A stretch of DNA of 63,853 nucleotides, counting the filler, from Octopus bimaculoides (Eukaryota): NCBI RefSeq assembly GCF_001194135.2. It is 5 parts of 5 records of this genome, joined end to end, with 100 filler letters (N's around TTAATTAATTAA, not from the genome) between each part and the next. Parts side by side here need not be neighbours in the genome. Positions count along the whole stretch, not along the records: positions 1 to 30,438 come from NC_068985.1; 4 more parts are not named here. One strand, written 5' to 3'. Below are positions 12,351 through 25,418 of this stretch, piece after piece. The position numbers were made by a program, and so were the translations under genes. Every line of letters begins with the position of its first letter. The first letter of the stretch is position 1. The notes under the pieces were generated by a model. The model searched no databases and was not told where the DNA came from. It was given only the letters and a program-made list of their open reading frames with translations.

Positions 12351-13338
12351 ACCCCCGACCCGCCCACACCCTCTCAGTCCCGCCCTCTCCCTGCAGGCGC
12401 CGGGCCTACCTTTCCCCTCCGACACGGGAGCAAGAGGGGGTGGCGCTAGCACACAGGAGTCCCTAAACAAAAAAGAAAAAATGTACAGTATGACGATGCT
12501 AACGAGGATTTATGCAGTGAGGTAATAACTTGGGAAAATCCTAAAAAGTAGAAATAAGAGGATTCGATAACATTAAGGGTTGGCACCGTTGCATGTTGCT
12601 TTCAGAAGAACAAAAAAAAAAAGTCACAAAATACAAAGGTGGATATCGGATGTGGGAAGGGGAGATGGATAGGCCATCCTTTGTAACTTATGACGACATG
12701 TTGGAAAATTATGGGATAGGTATTTTGGAGAGAACAGGTTTCAAAAGGAATTAAAAGGAGAAATGAAGTTTCTCGGAGGTGGGGCCGAGTGGCTTCACTG
12801 AATATGATACCCATATCAAAACTCTCTCAACTAACCCACCACACAACACCCTTGCTGTTTTCACCATTCAAACCCATATTTAAACCCTCGGCTCAGTCTA
12901 CACCACTCTCAGGGAACCGCCATGTAGTAGCTTGAAATTCTACAAATAGCAGTCAAAGTATCTATAAAACGACGGATGGTCACAGTTGGAACGCCTTTGA
13001 TTATAGATCAGGAATGAAAATGATAAACCAACGAAAAAGATGAGCTCCTACACGGTCAAGAGAACTGCCAGAAATAGCAACCAAATCTCTCAAATCACAC
13101 TTCACCGTCCAAAAAGAACACAATGGATGTGATTCTGAATAAAAGATGCAATGATCATGGTTGGAACATCTTTGATCATTGACATGTTCAATCCGGGCAA
13201 CAACAATAATCCCTTCTATTTGTGTATACGAACATGCAATACATTGAACGTTCCCTTCTCTGATCATACCTACCTATTTATCCTATTAAAGAAGAAAGCA
13301 GTAGCTAAGAAATGAACGTCGATGTGTTGCGAGATGAA

Positions 13339-13599
13339 ATAATAAATAAATGCACCCTTTTAAAGCTTAGCCAGGCTCATGGGCCCAGTTTCCCGGTTTC
13401 AATGGCGTATGTGTTCCTCAGCTGGACGAGACGCCAGTCCATCGCAGCGTTACTCATTTTTGCCAGTTGAGTGAACTGGAGCAACGTGAAATGAAGGGTT
13501 TTGCTCAAGAACACAACGCGTCGCCCGGTCCAGGAATCGAAACCACAATCTTACGATCATGGTGCCGACGCCCTAACCACTGAGCCACGCACCTCCACC
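13339..13599 (-). mobile_element. Young full-length tRNA-derived SINE with a 13-bp target-site duplication
   Basis: A box (tggctcagtggtt), B box (gtttcgattcc) and a (TTTA)n-like tail. TSD gttgcgagatgaa at 13326-13338 and 13600-13612. A diverged copy lies at ~31195-31435. Confidence 0.9.
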
Positions 13600-14570
13600 G
13601 TTGCGAGATGAAGTGGAAACAAATGTTCAAGCTGAATCATCATAAAAGAAATGTGAATGGTTGATACCTCTCATTTGCAATATCTTCTGGGGGACAAACA
13701 TCCTCCACTACAAAACTCAACATGTAATTAACGGAAAGCTCGAAGGGAGCTTGATACAAGGTCCCAAATTTGAATCAAAAGAATTATTATATCGACGCTA
13801 GTACTTGACTGATTTTTAAAATTTTCTTATTCGCGAAAGATGAAAGATTAAGTTGTCTTCGGCAAGAAGGAGCTCAATATGGCCTGAACAATAGAATAAG
13901 CATGTCAAGATATCAGTCTTCGGAGATACAATAGTGATAATATTAGATAACATTCAGGACGACAGTTTGGAAATATTTGAAAAGCGTTGGACAAAATAGT
14001 TACGGCCCTTTACCTATTGCGTTCTAAATTCAAATACACACGTGGTTAAGTTTGCCTACCTGCCTTCCGGGGTTAATAAAATAAAGTGCTAGTCAAGTAG
14101 AGCAAATGTAATCGAGCGTACACTCTTCTCTCAAAAGGTGTACACTTGTGTTAGTACTAAAGAGGAGTGCACCCTAGAGCAAAAGACGAACCAAATATAC
14201 GACCTGGTTATAATTATTTCATTTAACTTGTTCCCCATTTCTAATAATCTGAAATCAATTGACCTAACACCTTTAAATGACTACCATATAGATTAGGGAG
14301 AGTCAAGTAGAAAATATTGACATTTGATAGTAAGCCCGACAGATTGATAAAAGAAAAATTAACAGGTGATAATGCCCTCATTACCACAGTCCAACCTGCG
14401 TGGTGAAATTTAAATTTAGGACTGTATAGCCGAAAAGAAATTACGAGGGAAAAAAAAGAAAACAAACTATCAACGCCCACCTAAATGATAAGCTGAAATT
14501 CATGCTATTACACAGCTAAAATAAAAACAACACCAAAATAACTCCAACCTTAAATGATATAAATATCGCT

Positions 14571-14870
14571 CTATATAAAAGGCCAAGTCACATGACCTGC
14601 GTTTTTTTGTTGGTTCTGTCACTCTTTGGGAGTGTCATTTGAAGGACATAAATCATTGTCAGAAAAAAAAAATAAACAAACAAAAGAAAAACGCAGAACT
14701 CCTTTTGAATGAGCACCACATTTTACATTAAACTCAGCTTTCTCATCCTTCCTCCTTCAAAAAAACTTAATCTCTCTCTCTCTTACTTTCTCATTCACTG
14801 CAATCCTACCTTCGTTCACGGCTTTTGTAGAGTCTGTCACTCTTCTAACCTAAGTCGGATAAGGTACGCA
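14571..14870 (+). promoter_or_regulatory. Candidate TATA box, E-box and short exon
   Basis: CTATATAAAAGG at 14571 and GTCACATGAC at 14587-14596. Long pyrimidine tract ending TTTTGTAG at 14830, and AAG|GTACGC donor at 14863/14864. Confidence 0.2.
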
Positions 14871-16460
14871 TCTACAGGATAATCTGAATTTATGCGTCCG
14901 ATTTATTAATTTCCCATTGAATTAAGTTATTAGAATTTACTCTCGATCCCAATCACTTGACCTATAGTCTATTTTAACAAAGGAATATATCCATTCGTTA
15001 TTTTAAAAATCATTTAAATTGAACACAAATTTTGGTGAGAGAAAGCGAAAAAGGAAACCTTAAGAACGTGATAGAAAATTGCAGGTCAAACACGCTAAGT
15101 CAGAGAGGAACTACTCATTTGAAACTAGAAATTATCACAAGTCATGAGCTTATTACAACATACTTTGAATAATTTATTCTACACTCTAACACAATCTGTC
15201 ATTTTTAGGTTAAATATGAGCAAGAAACCAATTCTAAGCCGTTTTGATAAGAACACACTTAGTCTCTCCTCCCTCTTTCTCACGTTTTTCTTTTCTTTAT
15301 AAACTAAGCTTATTTATCAAGATCCATACTCTTCATTAAAGCAATGGATATTCCTATAACTGTCTTATTGCTATACTAATTACTAAAATTAGAATTGCGT
15401 AAGATCACAAGAGTCACGTGCATCACTTATAGAAAGTGAATGGAAGAATTTCGTGACTCGACAGCTTCCTTTCCAGAGCTAAATGAAAATGAAAGTATCT
15501 ATTTCGTCACAAGTATTTTTGATTACAAAATGAACCTATTGAAAAGCGAAAGTAAAAGTGAAAAATAGTGGACTGAAAAGTGTGGGTAGTACTACTGAAA
15601 TTCTTTGCCCCTCCCCTTCCTTATGGTCTATTAAATTTTAGACACAAGATCAGGAACTTTGAGTGGGGGGATTAGTCGATAACATCGACCTCAGTACTTG
15701 ACTGGTACTTTGTTTTATCGACCTGGTGGTGGAGTGGAATGAAAGGCCAAGTTGTATTCGGCGAGATTTTAACACAAAACATACAGCCAGAAAAAAATGA
15801 TGCAAATAATTTTTTTCCCCTCCGATGATCAAACAATTCCGCAAGCTCGCCACCCTTCTTTTTAAAAGAGAAAACAAAATAGTTTACATCCGTATAATTC
15901 TTCTTTCTTCGTCACGGGCAAGTTTAAATTCACTTTGGTTTCACTGAATACGGCAATCTGTCCACTCCTTGTTAATCCTTTTTAAATCCCCTCCCCGTGA
16001 GAAACACTGCTCTAAAAATCCACTAAGTGTGACGTTATCATTAGTGAAGTTATTTCTACTAAATATTTTTATTACAATTTTAATTAAAGTGATATCGAAT
16101 ACCAACAGAAGAGAGAACGGTGAACAACAAATAAACTTTTTGCAGAAACGTAATTGCGGATCTTTTTAAATTTACTTTACGCTAATTACTTTTTCAGATA
16201 TGTAATTACTTTTTTGTAAAATTACAGCCTTCTTCATCACATTCGACTTAGTTTCTGGTGAACACAGGAAACTCATTGAAGACAGATAGATACTTATGGA
16301 AGTGTACCCAAAGAATATATCGCAATAAATTGTCAATGCAAACAGACGAATTTTTTTTTTTAACGTCCCCACTGATCATTTCGTTTGTAAGTTGTTCTCG
16401 CCATATTCCATCTGTTTAAACATCCCGAAAATTCCTAGCTTTCTAATTTAGTGTCACGCT

Positions 16461-16602
16461 TACTATAAATAGAGCTTGGCGCACTCAACAAGGTTAATAA
16501 CCTCCCGTGCTCTATGAGGAATGATAGCTCGAGAATTGCTTTTCTGAAGGCAGCTACGTAAAGGCAAAGCATAAACTCATCGTGTAGAGTCAAAATGTAA
16601 GT
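16461..16602 (+). promoter_or_regulatory. Candidate TATA promoter and non-coding first exon
   Basis: CTATAAATAG at ~16462 and a consensus GTAAGT donor at 16597. It sits near the boundary where CpG depletion begins (~17.4 kb). Confidence 0.25.
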
Positions 16603-17792
16603 GTTGCTTGGAAACGATTAAAAGTGCCAAATACTCTCACGCTGTTTATGCTCTAAATAGTAGCTATGTGGCGTGATACAATCTCAACAAGCTATTTATT
16701 AATAAGCCAAGGCAACTAATGAAAACTGCAAACTTTTAGATTAGTCAAGCAATAACGATAACATTATTTTGGAGACAGATGATGATGACATTAATTTCCT
16801 GCTCTAATACCAGTGAAGCAAACGATTCTAACAGACAAAAAAGATCAAGAAGAATGCCTGCGTATTAGAATGATTATAACATTTCCTTGTAATTAGCATC
16901 AACTGCTTCTTTTTGTTATATTTTGTGTTGTTAATTACTAGGTTTTGTTATACTCGCAAATTACTTTTTGACATTTCTTCTAAATGCTCTTTTGTGCGGT
17001 GAAATTGCGTATTACAATAAACAAAGACACTTTTCATTAAAAGCTATCGTAGCTGCTAAGATATTTTCGGAAAATTAAATATTTAAAACATTACAAATGT
17101 TTAATAAAAGGAAGAAAATGTAAGACCATAGTATCCTGTGCCACATTCTTTTTTTTTTTATTGTAATGATCTTAACTACGTAAGTAGCCGTAGATATAGT
17201 TCATTTCTTGTCTTAGCTATTAAAATCATAGCAGTGGTTTTATAGTAATTCTCAACATCCATACATGGATGAGGAACGTGGTATCTTAAAAGGGAGCGTG
17301 GGCTAAACCATTAATGTAACTTGAGATTTGAAGAGAGTAAACTGACGGTGCATGCTGTCGCCAATGGTAACATGTCCCAAACATGACCTACTTTGTAATC
17401 CCTTACTGGCACGTTATCAATTCTTGGATAAAAATCCAAAATAACTATAGAAGAATGTAAAGTCAAATATTAGGCAGTTTGTTGATTGTAGTTGAGATTA
17501 ATTTCTTATATAAGGCAAATCCATTTTTATAAAGAAAGGGACGTGAGAAAGTTTTGACTTTAATATTTATTAAGGTCATTAAAAATTGATAAGGTATGAG
17601 GGGTAAAAGCAGGCATTGGAAATAGATTGTGAACTATTTTTTCCCTAAATTCTAAGCTGGAGGAGGCAAGGTAGGGTCTATGACTTTTGTAGGCTCTCTA
17701 AGACTGGTAAGCTTGATGCGGTCAATGTTAAATTTGAACATATGTAGGTTAATGTTTGAAGGGGAAAACTAGACAAGGAAAGGATTAAACAA

Positions 17793-18660
17793 CTGGGCCT
17801 CTCCCTCAGAGTGAAAGGCAGATTGTATGCAAAAAGCTATGCTACATGGCAGTGAAACATGGGCTGTGACAGTTGAGAACATGCAAAGACTTGAAAAGAC
17901 TGAAGCTAGTATGCTTCACTGGATGTGCAATGTCAATGTGTATGTATAATAAAGTCCCAGTCTCTTGAGAGAAAAGTTGGGCATAAGAGGCATCAGATGT
18001 GGTGTGCAAGAGAGACAACTGTGCTGATATGGCCATGTGATGCGTATGGATGAGAACAGCTGTGAAAGGAAGTGCTGATCTCTAACTATGGAGGGAGCCT
18101 GTGGAAGAGGTAGACCCAGGAAGACATGGGACAAGGTGGTGAAGTATGATCTTCAAATGTTGGGCCTCACAGAGGTGATGACAAGTGACCAAAACCTTTG
18201 GAGATATGCTGTGCTTGAGAAGACCTGTCAAGCCAAGTGAAATTGTAGTCATGGCTGATGAGGACAGCTGTGTAAAGAAGTGCTGATCTCTAACTGTGGG
18301 GGGAACCTGTGGAGGAAGTAGATCCAAGACATGGGATGAGGTGGTGAAGCATGATCTTCAAAAGTTGGGCCTCATGGAAGCGATGACAGGTGGTTGAGAC
18401 CTTTGGGGATATGCTGTACTTAAGAAGACTTGTCAAGCCAAGTGAAGTCGTAGTTGCAGCTGATGCCAGTGTTGCATAACTGGCACGTAAGATGCATCCA
18501 TTATACTCTGGGAGCAGTTGGCATTAGGAAGGGCATCAAGCTGTAGAAACCATGGCAAACCAGACTGGAATTTGGTGCAGCTTTCTGGCTTACCACTTCC
18601 AGTCAAACCATCTAACCCATGCCAGCATTGAAAGCAGATGCTAAATGATGATGATGATGA
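17793..18660 (+). mobile_element. RTE LINE 3' end with a tandemly duplicated RT C-terminus
   Basis: LHGSETW and G...RGRPRKTW..VVK.DL..LGL coding appear twice (18050-18245 and 18258-18445), followed by the shared 3' tail and (GAT)n. Confidence 0.85.
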
Positions 18661-19254
18661 TTCTCAGAATTGCAGGAAGAAGAACAGAGCAAAGTATTTA
18701 ATGTGGTATCTGGAACGTGAAGTACAACAGGGATGTTGAGAGAAAGAAAGATGGGAGAGCTTTGGAAATTAGCTAATTAAGAAGATCAGAGGTTTTTTTA
18801 TGATAATTACAGAGAAGACAAAAACGTAACTGCACATCTGTAAGCTATTGGTAAATATTTGGCAATCAGTTGAAAAGCTTTACTTTGGTTATGAACTAGG
18901 ATGTGTGTGTGTATATGTGTAGCAGCAGCAGCATTACATTAGATATATGAGCAGCACACCAATGTGAATCTTAGATGAGCTTTGTTGTAGGTTAGCTGGT
19001 AGTTAGGCTGAAATATATTCACAGTTCCTGGTGTTGACAGTTGTGAGTCAGACTCAGTAGTAGAAGAGTCAGTAGTTATTATCTTTACATTATAAAACTT
19101 TTAGAGATCTTTAGCTTTAAAAAAATTATTTCCTTTGCCTGATAGGCAGAGAATTTTGTAAATTAAAATACAACTAAAGAAAACCTAATCTATGTGAAGA
19201 TTACTATGGGCTGTACCCAGAGCCATCACTGTATTTGTAAATGAATTAAATTTA

Positions 19255-19590
19255 GACATGGCTGAGTGGTTAAGGAGCTCACTTTGCAACCATGTGGTTT
19301 CGAGTTCAGTTCCATTGCATTACGCTTATAATCCCAGGCTGACCAATGTGAGTGAATATCATAAATGGAAACTGTGTGGAAGCCCTCCCACACACACATG
19401 TCTTTGTGTTTGTTTCTCTCCTCACTGTCTGACAACCAGTTTAATTTGTTTAAGTCCCTATAACTTAGCAGTTTGACAAAAGAAACTGATAGAATAAGTA
19501 CTAGACTTAAAAAAAAAAATAAGCATTGGCATTGATTTGTTTCAGTAAACTCTTCATGATAGTACTCCAGTATGATTGCAGTTCAATGAT
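19255..19590 (+). mobile_element. SINE family A, old CpG-decayed copy
   Basis: catggctgagtggttaag head, gatagaataagtactagactta core and ctccagtatgattgcag end. Confidence 0.7.
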
Positions 19591-19711
19591 TGGAAAGATA
19601 TGAGACAGTTCCAAAGGTCTGTCATATTTCTCACCATCAACATGAAAAGAGAGATCGAGTGGATGTCACTGTTTCTAGTTTAGTAACCTTCATTAAAAAT
19701 TACCAATGCTC

Positions 19712-19917
19712 AAGGGGGTGCTGAAAAGATCTTGGCTTCAAGGGTATTCTGAAAGGCCTGGTTGGAGGTTCAACTTTCCAAGTTTTTTTTACAGGGTTTA
19801 GAAAAACTGAAGGACCACATCTGAATCTGAGAGGAGAATACTTTGAATAAAATCATAATTAACTGATCCTCCTGTATTTTCTTTTATCCAAAGCCAGGAA
19901 CTTTTCAGCACCCCCTT
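19712..19917 (+). mobile_element. Mariner-derived MITE
   Basis: TIRs aagggggtgctgaaaagatcttggctt / aagccaggaacttttcagcaccccctt. It retains the mariner C-terminal coding LRGEYFE*. Confidence 0.8.
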
Positions 19918-21535
19918 ATACCAGCAGTGTTTATTTTTCATACAAACGATTACTATGAGCCATACCAAAGATTTTAGATGAATATTCTTTATTTAAAAAC
20001 ACTGTAAAATTGTATTTATAGCAACTGTTGTTATGCTTATAACTAATTCATATATTCCAAGTATTTGACTCCCATAGGATGCATAGAAAAACATGTAAAG
20101 GCTGATAGACAATTAGAAAATCACAAAGACAATATTCTTAGCTGGAGCTATCCTCCAGAAGGTGCTTAAAAAATGGAAAGAACTTGAATGTAAGAAAGTA
20201 GAGAATATAAGTAAACCAGAATTCAAGAAAAAAGGAAAATTTATATCTTTTATCTTTTACTTGCTTCAGTCATTAGACTGTAGCCATGCTGGGGCACATT
20301 TTAAAATAGAAAATAAAAATAAACTTAAAAGAAAATAAATTGTGGTAAGTATAAGAAAAAGAACAAAAAGATAATTACAGAAATTATATTGTGAGAAAGA
20401 TACATAGCATGGCCGCAGCCAAATGACCGAAACAAATAAAAGAATAAAAGAATGATAAATAATAAATGAGATGAGTAGCTATAGTTACCACTGCTTTGGT
20501 TACATCAGATTAGTTGTTTAGTCTTAGATGTTGTCTGATTGGGCTGTTTTATGGTCAATGGCATTCCAGCCATAACCATTTTGACCTAATACATTTAGAA
20601 TTATATTATCCAGTGTGTCCTTCCAGTTTAAGAACAAAGGTTGTGATATGAATAAAATTCAACTGCTATTTCAAGCAGGTTAAGCAAAACACTGATGTAG
20701 TTATAAGTCTTTCACCTAGTTAGAGAATGAGAGAGAGAGAGAGAGATAGATTTACAAATGGAAGGATAACAATCTTCCCATTGTTAAAAAGAAAGAATAA
20801 GTTTGATTCCAGCCCTGATTCCATAAAATCATCATCATCCTTTGATGGTGGTGGGACAACCAATCCCTACCAGTCAGGATTCACAGAATAGGTTGTACAG
20901 TTCATTCTTTTCATTGCTAAATACAAAACGCGGCTTGCAAGATCTCCATTCAAGTGGTTTTCCCTCAGTCACCATCTCATCCTTGTATGCCAATCCATCA
21001 TCAGGTCAACCTTTTACAGGTGAGTGGACTGGGGCAGTGTGAAATGAAGTATTTTGCTCAAAAACACAACACATAACCAGTTTGGAAATCAAAACCACAA
21101 TTTTGCGATTGTGGGTGCAGCACCGTGACCACTAAGTCATAGGCCTTCACTAAGCCCCATAAAAAAAAAAAACATCATTTCTTTTGATATCAGGAATAAA
21201 TTAGTGCAGGTTGTTTCTAGAACAGCAGGAAATATATAAATATTATTCTTGGAGTTTGCATTAGTGATTTATAAATTAATTCAGTCTATATAGTTAGATT
21301 CAATCTTACATAGAAAATTCAAGAAAACTCAGAGATTGCTGCAACCAGATAAAGATCAAAAGAGTCTTAAGTGTTGTGAGCTGTATTCCCAATCTAGATT
21401 CTGAACAAAAAGGAGAAATCTACCAGTAATGATTTGGACAACAGAAATTCAGGGCACGAAAATATGTGATCAAACAAATCTCTAGCAACAATTTGGTGGC
21501 TACAAAGGGGTTGATCTGGTAGAATTGTTACTGTG

Positions 21536-21770
21536 TTAAGGCAGCGAGCTGGCAGAAAAGTTAGCATGCCAGGTGAAATGCTTAGCAGTATTTTGCCCAT
21601 CTTTACGTTCTGAGTTCAAATTCTGCCGAGGTTGACTTTGCCTTTCATCCTTTCGGGGTCGATAAAATAAGTACCAGTTACACACTGTGGTCGATGTAAT
21701 CGACTTAATCCCTTTGTCTGTCTTTGTTTGTCCCCTCTATGTTTAGCCCCTTGTGGGCAATAAAGAAATA
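21536..21770 (+). mobile_element. Young SINE family B nested in an older related copy
   Basis: ggcagcgagctggcagaa head and gcctttcatcctttcggggtcgataaaataagtacc core. 15-bp TSD agaattgttactgtg at 21521-21535 and 21771-21785. Confidence 0.9.
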
Positions 21771-22184
21771 AGAATTGTTACTGTGCCAGACAAAGTGCTT
21801 AGTGACATTTCTTCTGGCTCTCTATGTTCTGAGTTCAAATTCCACTAAGATTGACTCTGCTTTTCATCCTTTAGGGATTGAAAAAATAAATACTAGTTGA
21901 GCACTGGGACTGATGCAATCAACTTCCTACTCCCCTAAAAATTGCTGGCCTTGTGCCAAAATAAGAAAGAATTAGGTGGCTACAATAATCACTAGAAGGA
22001 CTAAAGAATCTTGAGATTGTATTCTGTAGCAATGACAGTGTGCACCAAAATGTCATGTCATGTAAACAACTCTAGGATTTTTTAATCAGTTTGCATTTAG
22101 GTGGGTGTTACATTGGATTAAAGAATGCAAATAGAATAGCACTAAAATAAATAGCTGTTTGATAAGATAGATGTTATTGATTTT

Positions 22185-22530
22185 TAAATAGTTTTTATCT
22201 TTTACACGTTTTGGTTATTTGACTGTGGCCATGTTGGGGTACCACCTTAAAGGGTTTAATCAAATAAATTAACCCTTGTGCTTATTTTCAAGTATGGTTA
22301 AGGGGGTGTAAACAAACCAACACTGGTTGTTAGGTGGTGGGGAGATAAACACAAAAACACACACATACAACAGGCTTCTACACAATTTCCATCTACCAAA
22401 TTCACTCACAAGACATTGGTCAGCACGGTACTATAAGAGAAGACATTCACCCAAGGTGCTATGCAGTGGGAATGAACCCAAAATCACATGGTTGCAAAAC
22501 GAGCTATTTAACCACACAGCCATGCTTGCA
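22185..22530 (-). mobile_element. SINE family A-related copy
   Basis: Reverse complement of the family A head (gcatggctgtgtggttaaa) and body. Confidence 0.65.
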
Positions 22531-24489
22531 TCAATGAATTAAAATGAACAAATGTAAAGTGCAAGCATGGCTATGTGGTTAACAAGTTTGATTTCTTATC
22601 TTTAAAAGCTAGAAAAATTTAAGATTTCATGACAGAATCTTTTATTTATGCCTGTCGTAAAGACACCAACTATAAATTAATAAAAATTGCTTCAAACAGA
22701 AAATAAAATTGAATTATCTTTGGCTCTCTTGGAAATAACAACAATAATATTTAAATGGTGAAAATATCGATAGAATGCTTTACAATCACAACCAACAGAT
22801 GAGTAAAATCACATGTCTATGAGGCCTTGTTATAGATTATCTTGATAATGAATGACAATAACCTCATTATCATGAATGGTGACTACAATGCAGATGTTGG
22901 GTGACTCCATGATGGCTCCTCTGATTTACATAGAGTCTATGGATATGGAAAGAGGAGGGATCAAGACACTTGGTTTGAGTTCTGTGATGTAAATGAACAC
23001 TAACATTTGTAATCACTAACTTCAAGAATCCAATCAGACTGGAAGCAAGACAGGCAAATGGTTGTGAATACCAAGTCCTTTCCTGTTGAAGAATGTAACA
23101 CTTAATATAGACTTGTGATCGAGTATACCTCAGAATAAGAGCGAGAGGGAATCAGATGCATCAGACAGTCTGGAGAAGGAAAGTATGAAGGCCAAGAGAT
23201 CTCTCAGCCAGCTTAAGTTCAAAGAATTATAAATTCATGCATTTGTGGCAGAAAAGAGAAAGAGACTTATAGAGGACAACTGGAAGATTTTACACAACAA
23301 CCTGCAAGACACAGACCGTATATGTGGATGGAGCAAAGCTCCAGGCAGATGGAAGATGACATGGTAATATAAAAAGTTAAAAGATATGCCTGGAAAATGG
23401 GATCAGCAAACAACACCATAAAGCTATAAGAGAAGTTAGATGTCAAATAAATGTAGCAAGGAAAGACACTGAAAGTAGGAGATTTTTCAATGTTCTGCAG
23501 CATGAGGATTGAAGATGTAAGGTATTCTGAATTGTAAATAGTGAGTCACTGTGAATCAAGCTGTAGGGGGAAAAAAAGTACACATGCTCTCACTAACCCT
23601 GAGAAGAAAGAGGCATGGAAATGTTATTATGAGATGTTGCTGAACAAGAAAAATGCATGGGAGAAAGAGAAAGACTACCTCCAAGTAGATTCAACACAAA
23701 GACCTACTACTGAAGTAAACAGTTGGATGAAAGTGCAACAAGGATATGAAGGCAGAGAAAGCAGCTGGACTATCAGGAATAGTCACTGAGATGCTGAAGA
23801 TAGCTGGTGAATCCGGACACAAGAGTCATTTACATAATCAATAAGGTAGAAGAAAGTGGTTTCGTACTCAATGATTTGTGTACAACAGTATTATAATCAA
23901 CTGCTGCAAGATACTTGTAAAAAAAAAGAAAAAAAAAACACAACAGAAAATTTTGTTGATGGACCATTTTATGACAGTAACAAAAAGAGTTACAGCACAA
24001 CTAATTAGGAACAGAATTAGCTCAGATGATATCCTCTCCCTAGAGAAACAACCACATGAGAAATGAGCTAAGAGCAGGCTATTGTTGACCGTTCATGCAA
24101 GTCATGTATAGTGTTACCATCAGTAAGATAAGAGTCAGCAATGAGTTCAATGAGCAATTTAGAATAAGTGTTCATGAGGGTTCAATTCCACCATCTTCCT
24201 ATTAATTACAGTTTATCAAGTCCATAACATATGAGATTAAACCAACTGTCATAAGGACACTGGTATACCAATTACTTAGTTTCCATTGCAAAATCATGAG
24301 AAAAATTGGAGAAGAAATTCTAAATATGAAAGAAACTCTTGGAACTAAGAAGCTTCAAAATATATCTAGGAAAGACCAAAGTTTTAATTAGCAATAAAGA
24401 AGACAAGACTCAGCTGTCATCAAAGAGAGGCCATGCTCAATATGCTTTTTCAATTTACTGAGCATGGTCCCTCCCTGGTAATATTACCT

Positions 24490-24700
24490 TCAAATTTTGG
24501 TACAAGGCCAGTAAATTCAGGGAAGAGAGTAAGTTGATTACATAGACTTACTGGTACTCAACTAGTACTTATTTTATCGATCCTGAAAGGATGAAAGGCA
24601 AAGTTAACCTCAGTGGTATTTGAACTCAGAACAGGAAAGCAGAAGAAATATTGCTAAGCATTTTGTCTGGTGTGATAACAACCCTGCCAGTTCCTCTGAC
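24490..24700 (-). mobile_element. SINE family B copy inside the RTE LINE
   Basis: tacttattttatcgatcctgaaaggatgaaaggcaaagttaacctcag...atttgaactcagaac...gctaagcatttt. Confidence 0.7.
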
Positions 24701-25030
24701 TTCCTCCTTGGTAATGTTAGAGTTATTTCTGCATTCTGCTAAGAAGGTAGCAACTTTGTACAGGGTACCAAATATAAACTGTAGGTGCACAAGAGGTTTT
24801 GTGGGGTCACCAACAGATTCGCAGAGAAGGAAGACTTTACATGTTGGTGATTTACAGGAGTTGTCTGCAATAAGAGCACCCATGAAATTAATTCTTTCAA
24901 ATGCTCAGAAGACCTTCTAGAAGTAGAAGATAGCTTCTGTGACCTAGATTATCTAATTAGCAATAGAAATGAGTGTTCCAAAAACATAATAGTCAAGGAG
25001 GAAAAAGTTCAGGGAGCTAGTAATTCTGCT

Positions 25031-25418
25031 GTTGTTGTTGTTGGCACTCCGTTGCTTACAACGTCAAGGGTTCCAGTTGATCCGATCAATGGAACAGCCT
25101 GCTCATGAAATTAACGTGCGAGTGGCTGAGCACTCCACAGACACATGTACCCTTAACGTAGTTCTCGAGGATATTCAGCGTGACACAGTGTGACAAGGCT
25201 GACCCTTTGAATTACAGGCACAACAGAAACAGGAAGTAAGAGTGAGAGAAAGTTGTGGTGAAAGAGTACAGCAGGGTTCACCACCACCCCTGCCGGAGCC
25301 TCGTGGAGCTTTAGGTGTTTTCGCTCAATAAACACTCACAACGCCCGGTCTGGGTATCAAAACCACGATCCTATGACCGTGAGTCCGCTGCCCTAACCAC
25401 TGGGCCATTGCGCCTCCA
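25031..25418 (-). mobile_element. Young full-length SINE family C with (AAC)n tail and a 14-bp TSD
   Basis: ggaggcgcaatggcccagtggttagggc head. TSD ctagtaattctgct at 25017-25030 and 25419-25432. A close copy lies at 30539-30892. Confidence 0.9.

Noticed and set aside
15940-15990. Minus-strand LKRINKEWTD, resembling the UBE2D N-terminus LKRINKEL
   Set aside because: It hits a stop five codons later, with no start codon and no further E2 similarity; likely chance.
19015-19050. 18-nt micro-exon-like TTCACAG|...|GTGAGT, and an S/T-rich antisense frame
   Set aside because: Too short to support without transcript data.
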